NCBI GenBank assembly: GCA_964422735.1
Contig: CAYRCD010000001.1
Location: forward strand, 10,501 to 74,500
Source: an uncultured Dehalococcoidia bacterium
GTDB taxonomy: Bacteria; Chloroflexota; Dehalococcoidia; DSTF01; WHTK01
Reading direction: 5' to 3'
DNA: 64,000 nucleotides
Part shown: positions 18,347 through 26,603 of the stretch, in pieces
Numbering within the stretch: position 1 is the first letter of the stretch
Layout of the letters: every line of letters starts with the position of its first letter
Notes under the pieces: generated by a model
What the model was told of the DNA's origin: nothing
The model's database searches: none
What the model saw: only the letters and a program-made list of their open reading frames with translations
Position numbers and translations under genes: made by a program

Positions 18347-18368
18347 GGCGAGGCTAGAAAGCCTCGCC
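18347..18368 (+). terminator. hairpin GGCGAGGCT-agaa-AGCCTCGCC followed by taccgatttctt, between convergent genes
   Basis: Perfect 9-bp stem read directly, with a modest T-tract. It sits 74 nt after the CocE-like stop. Confidence 0.4.
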
Positions 18369-18445
18369 TACCGATTTCTTGGACAGGCTGCTAGTCGCCG
18401 ACCACAGCGGAGACTCCCAGTCGCCCCTTCAGAAGCGATTTTCGC

Positions 18446-19666
18446 CTAAGGCTCGCTGAGCTTCTCGGCTTTCTCGAATTCGGCCTTCGCGGCCGCGAGA
18501 AGCTCTTGGTCGCACAGGAGATCGATTGCCGTCATGGCCAGGACTCTGGCGCCGTTGAGGGTAGCCTCGAGTCCGGCGGGCGAGCCGGCGGCCTCGCGCA
18601 TCGCGTCTGAATGCCCGGGAGTGCCGGCCGGCGCGATCGCGATGTAAGCGGTCACGGCGGGGACCACGTGAGACACATTGCCGAAGTCGGTCGAGCCTCC
18701 GCCCAGGCTGGCGTCAGGCTGGTCGATCTTCAGCCCTAGAGAGATCAGATTCGCCTCAATCGCGGCGGCGATCGGCCGGTTGGGGACGGTGTTGTGGTAA
18801 GGGTAAACGTCCTCCCGCCATTCGAGGCGGGCGCCGGTTGCCGTGGCGGCGCCCTCGGCGCAGGCCAGAACGCGCCCGTAAAGCTCCTGGAGGTAGGTGG
18901 CGTCGTTGGCGCGCACGCGAATTCGGGCTGCGGCGTAGGGCGGGATGACGTTCGGCGCCTCGCCGCCGTGCGTGATCACGCCGTGGATGCGGGCATCGTT
19001 GCGCACCTGCTGACGCAGGTGGCTGATGCCATTGAACGTCAGGATCACCGCGTCGAGCGCGTTTATTCCCAGGTGCGGCGCGGCCGCCGCATGGGCCGCC
19101 TTGCCGTGGAACTCGACCTTCAGCGCCCTCGCCGCGAGAGAAGGACGGTCGCCGGCCCTGGTTCTCGAGCCAGGGTGGATCATGATCGAGGCATCGACCC
19201 CATCGAGGTGCCCCTCCCGCAAGATCGGCACCTTGCCGCCGGCGCCCTCGACCGCTGACTCCTCGGCGGGGCTGCCGAGCAGCCGGACGGAGCCCGGAAG
19301 CCGGTCTCCGATCGACGCCAGGGCAAGCGCCGCCCCAATCGTTCCAGCGGCGATGATGTTGTGGCCGCAGCCGTGACCGATGCCGGGCAGCGCATCGTAC
19401 TCGGCGAACAGCGCGACACGAGGCCCTCTGTCCGGGCCGATGTCGGCTCGAAACGCGGTCTCGAGGCCGGCGATCCGGCGCTCCGGCTCCAGCCCGTGGC
19501 GGGCCAGCAAGTCGCACAGCAGTTTGACCGCGCCGTGCTCCTGCAGGCCAAGCTCCGGGTTCTCCCAGATCGTGCGCCAGGCGATTTCCAGATCGCCCCG
19601 GATCGCGTCGACGCGGGCGCAGACCTCGGCTTTGAGTGACTCCGCATCAGTCATCAGCTCGCCCAT
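18446..19666 (-). CDS. M20 family amidohydrolase/peptidase (AbgB-like)
   Basis: GIGHGCGHNIIAAG and GSPAEE are present. The length and a dimerisation-domain pattern fit the family. Confidence 0.85.
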   Translation of the reverse strand: MGELMTDAESLKAEVCARVDAIRGDLEIAWRTIWENPELGLQEHGAVKLLCDLLARHGLEPERRIAGLETAFRADIGPDRGPRVALFAEYDALPGIGHGCGHNIIAAGTIGAALALASIGDRLPGSVRLLGSPAEESAVEGAGGKVPILREGHLDGVDASIMIHPGSRTRAGDRPSLAARALKVEFHGKAAHAAAAPHLGINALDAVILTFNGISHLRQQVRNDARIHGVITHGGEAPNVIPPYAAARIRVRANDATYLQELYGRVLACAEGAATATGARLEWREDVYPYHNTVPNRPIAAAIEANLISLGLKIDQPDASLGGGSTDFGNVSHVVPAVTAYIAIAPAGTPGHSDAMREAAGSPAGLEATLNGARVLAMTAIDLLCDQELLAAAKAEFEKAEKLSEP

Positions 19667-19869
19667 TCCTCGGCTTCTCTGGAAGTCCCGGGTCTGACGT
19701 CCCGCACCAGGCCGCTGATCTCGACGCCGGCTTTGACCATTTCGAACCAGTAAGCGTGGCCAAGGTCGTTGGGGTGAAAGCGGTCGGCGCTAAAGTTGAA
19801 GGCATGATAACGCGCGTCGCCCAACTTCTCGACCGGAAGCCCCAAGCGCCAGCGGCGCACGGTTCGCAC
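19654..19869 (-). pseudogene. C-terminal remnant of an SGNH/GDSL hydrolase
   Basis: The 71-aa ORF contains FSADRFHPNDLGHAYW (SGNH block V, DxxHP). Blocks I-III are absent, and stops lie upstream in the low-GC segment. Confidence 0.55.
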
Positions 19870-19992
19870 TGGGGATGTAAACTAGGGAACCCGCAGTAGA
19901 ATTTAGACTGTCCTTGAGCTCCGGCTTTGCGTGTCGCGCTCGCGGATAGAGGCATCTGCCTCAAGTCGGTCATCCTGAATCAAAGGAGCACC

Positions 19993-20214
19993 ATGAAAAG
20001 GTTCATTCTTGCTAGCCTCATGGCGATTATTCTGACAATGTCGCTCCTCCACGCCCGTACCGCCTCCGCCACTATTTGCTGGACGAACGATGGTCCTATC
20101 ACGTCAATAATGGTCGTGCAACGAGCCGATGCCGTGGTCGCTACCATACGAACTCCGCCCGCTGGCCCGATGAGCGCGACTCCAGGCGGTCCGACCCAAG
20201 GATGCTTCCCCTAA
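19993..20214 (+). CDS. small secreted protein (73 aa; signal peptide, two Cys), family not recognised
   Basis: aaggagcaccATG; MKRFILASLMAIILTMSLLHARTASA then TICW...GCFP. Third-position GC is clearly lower than in the neighbours. Confidence 0.5.
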   Translation: MKRFILASLMAIILTMSLLHARTASATICWTNDGPITSIMVVQRADAVVATIRTPPAGPMSATPGGPTQGCFP

Positions 20215-20446
20215 CAACGGCCATAGCGATCAAGTGAAGCAAGAAGGCCCGCTTCATTTAGTGCCGCTCGAGGACTCCCCCGCGGAGGACGATACGCCGG
20301 CGAACGCCAAGACGGCCGGCATCGTGATGAAGAGGACGCCGATCACGATCATTTGATCGTGTCGGTTGGTCCTGGCCTCACGATGAAGTCATCGTGTCGT
20401 TCAGGGGCATGGCTGCCTTGGCGGAAGCTTCTCTTAAGGAGGGGTC

Positions 20447-21256
20447 ATGCCGAGTAAATTGTCTGGCATGAAGGCGGCGACCAATACCACGGCTGCACTA
20501 TTCTCCGACGCCTCTGCCATCAGGCGCGTTCATCGGGAGAGCATGGTCCTGCTTGGCGGCGGCCGCGCCCTGCTGATGCAGGTCGCCCACCCGGCCGTCG
20601 CCGCGGGCGTTGCCGAGCACAGCGCCTTCCGGGGTCGGCGGCTCGAGCGTCTCCTCCGGACGCTGCGTCCCACGCTCGCCATCGTCTTCGGATCGCCCGC
20701 CCAGGTGCGAGCGGCGGCCGCTTCCATCAACGCGGTGCACGAGCAAGTCGTGGGTGACGGCTACCGCGCGACCGACCCTGACCTCCTCCTCTGGGTCCTC
20801 GCGACCTTGATTGACACCGCCCTCCTCATGCACCAGCGCTTTCTCAGGCCGTTGAGTGAGGAGGAGGCCGACGCCTATTACCGCGACATGCTCCGGGCCG
20901 GCGCGCTTCTCGGCGTCAGTCGGGACGAGGCGCCGGAGGACATCGCCGCCTTCCGCCGCTATGTGGAGGACACGTTGCGGTCGCTAAAGGTGAGCGGCGC
21001 CGGACGCCGGATCGCCGCCGAGTTGTTCGCGGCCGGACCTCCGGCCGCGCCTGTCTTTGCCGCCCTGAGAGAGCTTACGGCCGGCCTTCTTCCGGCCGTT
21101 CTAAGGGAACAATTCGGTCTAGGCTGGGGTCCCGGAAGGGAGCGGGCATTAGAAGTCCTGGCCGCAACCTCTCGCCTGGTGGTTCCCCGGCTGCCTTCCG
21201 CCCTTCGCGCTCCGCCCCGGCTCGTGATGCCGGCGAGGCAGGGCCGGCCGGGCTGA
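20447..21256 (+). CDS. MpaB/DUF2236 family oxygenase-like protein
   Basis: RRVHRESMVLLGGGRALLMQVAHPAVAAGV...INAVHEQV...DPDLLLWVLATL. The start context is aaggaggggtcATG. Confidence 0.8.
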   Translation: MPSKLSGMKAATNTTAALFSDASAIRRVHRESMVLLGGGRALLMQVAHPAVAAGVAEHSAFRGRRLERLLRTLRPTLAIVFGSPAQVRAAAASINAVHEQVVGDGYRATDPDLLLWVLATLIDTALLMHQRFLRPLSEEEADAYYRDMLRAGALLGVSRDEAPEDIAAFRRYVEDTLRSLKVSGAGRRIAAELFAAGPPAAPVFAALRELTAGLLPAVLREQFGLGWGPGRERALEVLAATSRLVVPRLPSALRAPPRLVMPARQGRPG

Positions 21257-21268
21257 GTGCCTCGCCCG

Positions 21269-21448
21269 TCAGGGCGTTCTCGGTCGCCAGGGCGACTTCC
21301 GCTCCGCCGCGCACCAGGGGCAGTCGGCGGCCGGGTACAAGTCCCGATAACGGCAGCCGCCGTCTTCGAGGTGAGGGCGCCAATGGTTTCCCAGGGTGCC
21401 GTGGCTCTGTTCGAGGCGCCGGACCAGCTCGCCGTCCGGCACCGGCAT
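21269..21448 (-). CDS. possible small Cys-containing protein (59 aa)
   Basis: MPVPDGELVRRLEQSHGTLGNHWRPHLEDGGCRYRDLYPAADCPWCAAERKSPWRPRTP. Third-position GC is high, consistent with coding. No family is recognised and there is no clear SD. Confidence 0.3.
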   Translation of the reverse strand: MPVPDGELVRRLEQSHGTLGNHWRPHLEDGGCRYRDLYPAADCPWCAAERKSPWRPRTP

Positions 21449-21479
21449 GACGCGGGGTGGGCGCGCCAATGCCGAAACC

Positions 21480-22865
21480 TTAGCCTCGCGACCTTCCCGC
21501 CAGGGCGCCCATCGGGTCCCAGGGCGGAAGCGCAATCGGCTCCAGGTCCAGCGCTTCCCGCAGCTCCGCGGGCAAGCAGGTCTTGCGCGCGGCGACCTCG
21601 AACACGTACTCGTCGAACCAGGAGTCATTCATGACGAAGAAGCCCTTGCGACCGGCTTCTTCTCCCCAGCTGTTCTCGACTCGCCAGCGACGCACGCGGT
21701 CGTCGAGGACGTCAAGGCCCGTGAACAGCATCGCGTGCGTCATCATCGTCTCGTGGTACTCGAGGCGAGCGGCCTTGCTGAGACCGAACTCCGTTTCATA
21801 GAGCGAGGCATAATCGTACAGGTCCTTGTCCCAGAGGCCGAGGTCGCGCCGTGACATCTTGCCCGTGTCGCAGCCGAACCAGACCGGTTCTCCTTCGAGT
21901 ATCGTCCGCCGGGCGATGTCCTTCATCAAAGACGCTTCGACGTTCAGATATTTGACCATGCCGCCGCCGACGACGTTTCCCAGGTAGCGCACGGTGAATG
22001 TCCGGCCCATCGGACTGCCCGCGCGAGGGTCATTCACGAGGCAGACGTACTCGTCCAGCGGCAGGTCGACGTACTTCTGGGCGAACTCGCGCGGCGTCAT
22101 GTCAGGATCGCGGTGGAAATTGCGGTCCTTGTCGGTCCACTGCCAGCTGAATTTCGCCGGCGGCGCGCCCAGGTGGATCGACAGGATTCGGAACACGACG
22201 GCCAGGCTCTCTTCTTTGGCGCCCCTGAGCTCGGCCGGCGACGCGCCACGCCCGCCCATCTCGCGTATCGTCTTCGCCGTCTCACGCAGCTTCGAACGGA
22301 GGATCGAGTTCATGCGCCCGGTGCTGGATGAGCTCTGGGTCTCCGGCATGAACGGCTTCGGTACGAGGCCGTGCTTCCGCACGATGTTGACGAACATGTT
22401 CCACTGGCCGCCATCGTCGATGGGGTGGGTCAGGAGGTAGGCCACGGACCTGTCGTCGACGTCGAGACCGGCGGTCTCGATGATCGCTTCGAGGAAATAG
22501 TTGGCTCGCTCGATCTTGTCGCAGAAGAGGGCGTAGTTCTGACTGAACTCGAAGCTCTTCAGTCCCATCTCCTTCATGGCGCCCACGCGCAGGAGGTTCA
22601 GGCCGGCGAACATCCAGCAGCGCCCCGTGTTGCGCTGGTTCGTGGCAGACCAGTCGTCGAGGACGTGGGAGAAGCTGTGATCGGTCCCGAACACAACGTC
22701 GCGGTTAAGTGCAACGTCGTCAACCGTCACCTGCGTGACGGCGTTCTGGGCGATGCGGAAGTTCGGCGACTTGTTCAGCCGCGCGCGCAGCGCGGCCAGC
22801 GTCTCCTCCGTGATCGCTCCAACGTCAGTGGTTGGCGGTCGGGTCTCGGTTAATGTCACGTGCAT
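21480..22865 (-). CDS. pepC: aminopeptidase C / bleomycin hydrolase (C1-like cysteine peptidase)
   Basis: NQRNTGRCWMFAGLN (catalytic Cys), HAMLFTG and ENSWG. The start is taken at ATG 22865 (MHVTLTE). Confidence 0.9.
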   Translation of the reverse strand: MHVTLTETRPPTTDVGAITEETLAALRARLNKSPNFRIAQNAVTQVTVDDVALNRDVVFGTDHSFSHVLDDWSATNQRNTGRCWMFAGLNLLRVGAMKEMGLKSFEFSQNYALFCDKIERANYFLEAIIETAGLDVDDRSVAYLLTHPIDDGGQWNMFVNIVRKHGLVPKPFMPETQSSSSTGRMNSILRSKLRETAKTIREMGGRGASPAELRGAKEESLAVVFRILSIHLGAPPAKFSWQWTDKDRNFHRDPDMTPREFAQKYVDLPLDEYVCLVNDPRAGSPMGRTFTVRYLGNVVGGGMVKYLNVEASLMKDIARRTILEGEPVWFGCDTGKMSRRDLGLWDKDLYDYASLYETEFGLSKAARLEYHETMMTHAMLFTGLDVLDDRVRRWRVENSWGEEAGRKGFFVMNDSWFDEYVFEVAARKTCLPAELREALDLEPIALPPWDPMGALAGRSRG

Positions 22866-23026
22866 CTCCTGTTCGTCGCGGCCGGCGCCGTGCCGGCGGG
22901 CCGCTCGGCCTTCTCGCGGAGGTGGCGGCGTATCGGCGTTTCGCACACAATATGCACGCTTGACCACCCGCGCAATTCGTCGCGTGCTTTAGACTCGGCA
23001 AGGTCCGCCATAATCCTGAAGAGGCA

Positions 23027-23951
23027 ATGACCGCCGCTTTCCGGGCCCCTGATCATCGAAGCGGCCCTCAACGGCGGCACGCCGAAGGCCCGCAACCCCA
23101 ACGTGCCCCGCTCGCCCGCGGAGATCGCGGCCGACGCCATCGGCTGCATCGACGCCGGCGCCACCATCATCCACAACCACAACGATGACCCTGTTATCGG
23201 AGGCAGCGGCCGGCACGATCCGGACCCCTACCTCGAAGCCTGGCGGGCGGTCCTGAATGAACGCCCGGACGCCATCTTGTATCCGACTATGGCAAGCGGC
23301 GCCCCGCAGGTCACGATCGAGCGGCGTTACTCGCATGTGGAATCCCTGGCCGCCGCCGGAGTCCTCGGGATGGGCCTCATCGATCCTGGTTCGACCAATC
23401 TCGGCGGCGCCGACGCCGATGGCTTGCCGCGCCCCGTAGACTCCGTCTACCAGAACACCTACCGCGATGCCCGCTACATGTTCGAGGTCTGCGAGCGTGC
23501 GGGCGTTGGCATGAGCATTTCGATCTTCGAGCCCGGGTTTCTGCGGGTCGTTCTCGCCTATCACGCCGCCGGCCGTCTGCCCCCTGGTGCGTTTGTGAAG
23601 CTGTACTTCGGCGCTAACCGGCGTTTGAGCTTCGGATTGCCGCCTACAAGGCCCGCTCTCGAAGCGTACCTCTCGATGCTCGAGGGCACAGGGCTGCCCT
23701 GGCTCGTTTCGGCGATCGGTGGCGACGTCGTTGGCTGCGGCCTCGCTCGTCTCGCCCTCGAGCGCGGCGGCCACCTTCAGGTCGGCCTTGAACCTTACGC
23801 GGGCGATGGCACGCCCTCCAACCTCGACCTCGTCCGTCAGGCCGCCGAGCTCGCGCGTGATGTCGCCAGGCCGATCGTGACCGCGCTCGAAGCGCGCCGG
23901 ATTATCGGCCTGCCGGAGCGGCGTCAGCCCCGGGGCTTGGTGGTGGCTTAG
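23027..23951 (+). CDS. 3-keto-5-aminohexanoate cleavage enzyme family (BKACE/DUF849), with an apparent frameshift in the first ~8 codons
   Basis: LIIEAALNGGTPKARNPNVPRSPAEIAADAIGCIDAGATIIHNH is encoded from 23049. The only SD-linked ATG (gaagaggcaATG, 23027) is in a different frame, and the first in-frame canonical start is GTG 23103. Confidence 0.75.
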
Positions 23952-24036
23952 CGCGCGACCGCGACAGCGGGTGGGACCTTCAGCTCCGGCCGCCCGAGGT
24001 GAACGCTGTAGCCGCGGCCGAAGGCCGCGGCGGGCT

Positions 24037-24378
24037 TTATATCGGACGCTTCGACCTTGGCAGACTGCTCACGATCAGCGCCTGCGAGTGGTCCACCATC
24101 TCGCGGACCTCGGTTTCAGAGAGGCTGCCGTCGATCACGACCGTGTTCCAGTGGCGCTTGTTCAGGTGATATCCGGGCGTGACAGCCGGGTGATTGGCGC
24201 GCAGGATCTCGGCGAGCACGGGATCGCACTTGAGGCTGATGCGCAGGGGACCGGCCGTGGTGATGAGGGCGAAGATCCTCCCGCCCACCCGGAAGACCTC
24301 CACCTCCGGGCCGAAGGGGAAGTCGGAACTCGCGCCGGCCCGAGAGCCGCAGCAGGCGGCTAGCGCCGAGCGGTTCAA
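24037..24378 (-). CDS. MmcQ/YjbR family protein
   Basis: FPFGPEVEVFRVGGRIFALI...GYHLNKRHWNTV. Confidence 0.85.
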   Translation of the reverse strand: MNRSALAACCGSRAGASSDFPFGPEVEVFRVGGRIFALITTAGPLRISLKCDPVLAEILRANHPAVTPGYHLNKRHWNTVVIDGSLSETEVREMVDHSQALIVSSLPRSKRPI

Positions 24379-24379
24379 A

Positions 24380-25516
24380 TCAGGGGAGGATGCTGAGCGG
24401 GTCGATGATCGTGTCTTTGTAGTGCACTTCGAAGTGAAGATGAGGCCCCGTCGCGTAGCCCGTCATGCCGCTGTATCCCAGCAGTTCCCCCTGGTTGACC
24501 TTCTGGCCCGTCCTGACAAGTATGCGCGAGAGGTGGGCATACAGCGTCACGTAGCCGTTGCCGTGGTCGATCACGACGTAGAGACCGTAGGAGCAGCAGG
24601 GGTTGCCGCCGGCGAAAGTTACGGTGCCGGCCGCCGCCGCGACGATCGGCGCGTTCGTGTTCTGGAACAGGTCGATATCTATGCCGAGGGGATGGCTGGG
24701 CCCGAAGTAGCTGGAGATCGGACCCGTCGTGGGCCAGATGAAGCCCGTGCGCCGGGTCGGCGCCGTGCTCGAGGTGACCGGCTTTCGAGTGGCTGAGGGC
24801 TGCGCCAAGGCCGTGCCCGTGGTCGCGGGTGTGCCCGGCGCGGTGGGTGATGTCCGGGGGCTGGCAGCGGTCTCAGGCGTCGGCGTGCCCGCGGCTTGGC
24901 CGGCCGCTGAGGCGATCGGCGGCGGGGCGGCGCTCGTCGCGGGTCCCGCGAGGCGTCTGGGGCTCCGGACCAGCAGCTCCTGCCCGACCTGGAGGGTCTG
25001 CTGGTCGGAGACCGGCCCGGACGCGCCGACGATGTCTGCCACGCTGACACCATAGCGGCGCGCGATTTCGCTCACGCTTTCGCCGCCGAGCACGAGATGA
25101 ATCACGCCGGTTTCCACGGGAATCCGCAGCTTTTGACCCGGCTGGATGTAGTCCTGGGCGGTGATGATGTCCGGGCGGTTGCTGAACACGAGCAGGTCCC
25201 AACCGGCAAGGTCTTCCGTGCTCTTGAGGCCGAACTTGGTCGCGATCTTGCTCAGCGTGTCACCGCTCTCGACCGTGTAGACGCAATAGAGCGGGCTCTG
25301 GGAAGAGTCGCAAAGTGCAGCCGTGGGCGTCGGCACGGGCGCCGCGGGCGGCCGGGGTTCCTCCGCCACTCTCGCCGCTGCGAGGCGCAGCCCCTCTGCG
25401 GTCAAATCCACAAGGCGAGACGAGGCGACGGGCGCCAGGTCGGCAAGCCTTCTCGCGCTCGCTACCGCCGGTGGCGGAGGCGGGGGCAGCGCCGCCTCCT
25501 CCTGGAAGGCGGCCAC
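24380..25516 (-). CDS. LysM-domain M23 family metallopeptidase (N-terminus probably extends to about 25723)
   Basis: Two LysM repeats (YTVESGDTLSKIATKFG and HLVLGGESVSEIARRYG). M23 core VIDHGNGYVTLYAHLS...GYATGPHLHFEV. An in-frame TM segment is encoded upstream of the first canonical start. Confidence 0.9.
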   Translation of the reverse strand: MAAFQEEAALPPPPPPAVASARRLADLAPVASSRLVDLTAEGLRLAAARVAEEPRPPAAPVPTPTAALCDSSQSPLYCVYTVESGDTLSKIATKFGLKSTEDLAGWDLLVFSNRPDIITAQDYIQPGQKLRIPVETGVIHLVLGGESVSEIARRYGVSVADIVGASGPVSDQQTLQVGQELLVRSPRRLAGPATSAAPPPIASAAGQAAGTPTPETAASPRTSPTAPGTPATTGTALAQPSATRKPVTSSTAPTRRTGFIWPTTGPISSYFGPSHPLGIDIDLFQNTNAPIVAAAAGTVTFAGGNPCCSYGLYVVIDHGNGYVTLYAHLSRILVRTGQKVNQGELLGYSGMTGYATGPHLHFEVHYKDTIIDPLSILP

Positions 25517-25896
25517 GATCCCCGAGGCGGTCAGCCCATCCGTCGCTCCAACGGCTTCCGCCGGGGTACGGCCGTAGGGCGTGGACGCGACGCGGACGGC
25601 CGCGACGACGGTAATCGTCAGGACCAGGAGATGGAACAGAAGTCTACGCGGACCGGTCGATCTCTTGACCGGCCGGGGCCGGTAAGCGCGCCGCGCTGCC
25701 GGCCTGAAGGGCTCAGGGCTGATGAGACTACCTCTCTAACCCCGCCGCCACGTCTGGTGGCCGGCCAGACGCCCACTGTATTGTAGCGAGATTTCTCTCT
25801 TAGGCAATCTCGGCACAGGCCCGCATCAACTGTGGCCGAGGACGCGGGACTCCATTTTCAGTGCGTGAGCACGACGGCAACGGCGGCGGGAGTTTG

Positions 25897-26532
25897 TCAG
25901 CCGGTCTGACGGCGGTGCCTGCCTCCGACCTGGCCCATCATGTGCTCCAGTGCCGGATACTCCTGGGCGCCGACCATGCCCAGTCTCTCGTCGAAGACGA
26001 AGGTCGGGATTGCTGTCACGCCAATCGAACGCGACCAGGCAACGCCTTCGTCGACGAGCTTGCGATAGTCCTCACCGGCGAGGACACGGCGCAAGTCGCT
26101 CCCATCCAGGCCGGCCTTCTCACCCACCCGCACCACAGCGTCGATGCTGCCGATGTCCGAGAGGTCCTCGAAGTAGGCCTTGAACACTTCCCGGTGGAAC
26201 TCCCAGGCATGGTCTTTCTCGCGCGCGTATTCCGCCGCTTCCAGGGCCAGATGCGAGTTCGAGGTGAGCGTACGGCCGCGGCTGAATCTGATACCCAGGC
26301 GTTCGCCGCGCTGTTCGAGTGGGCTGGGCGGGGCCTCGGGCTTGCTCATCGGCCGTCGTGGCTTGCCTCCCGCCGGTGCCGTGGGATCGAGCAGGAAAGG
26401 CGCGAAGAGGACCTCGACGTCGTACTCCTTCTGCAGCCGCTCGACCTCCACGAGGCCGACGTAGCACCAGGGTCAGACGAAGTCTGAGACGACGATTACC
26501 GAGATGGGCTCCGGGCCGCTGTCCTCAACCAC
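25897..26532 (-). CDS. DsbA/FrnE-like thiol:disulfide oxidoreductase with in-frame TGA at the first Cys of the CPWC motif (candidate selenoprotein or nonsense pseudogene)
   Basis: GTG 26532 ... ISVIVVSDFV-TGA(26475..26473)-PWCYVGLVEVERLQKEY... continues in frame into tracked ORF 25897..26451. The family consensus is fsDfvCPWCyig. Confidence 0.7.
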
Positions 26533-26603
26533 GGCGCAAGTATAGCTCGCCCAGGGCCGCCAAAGAGGGCGTTTTCGCCAGCTCAATGGGCCGGGACACG
26601 CTT

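Noticed and set aside
20254-20352. 32-codon hydrophobic minus-strand ORF (MIVIGVLFITMPAVLAFAGVSSSAGESSSGTK) as an immunity-type partner of the secreted peptide
   Set aside because: Codon bias looks host-like, but there is no SD and no recognisable family. The functional link is pure speculation, so it is not listed as a feature.
23028-23030. In-frame TGA upstream of the BKACE conserved strand considered as a second Sec codon
   Set aside because: The upstream in-frame sequence (..SARSAIILKRQ) has no family resemblance and no start. An out-of-frame ATG with an SD sits 1 nt away, so a one-base frameshift explains it better.
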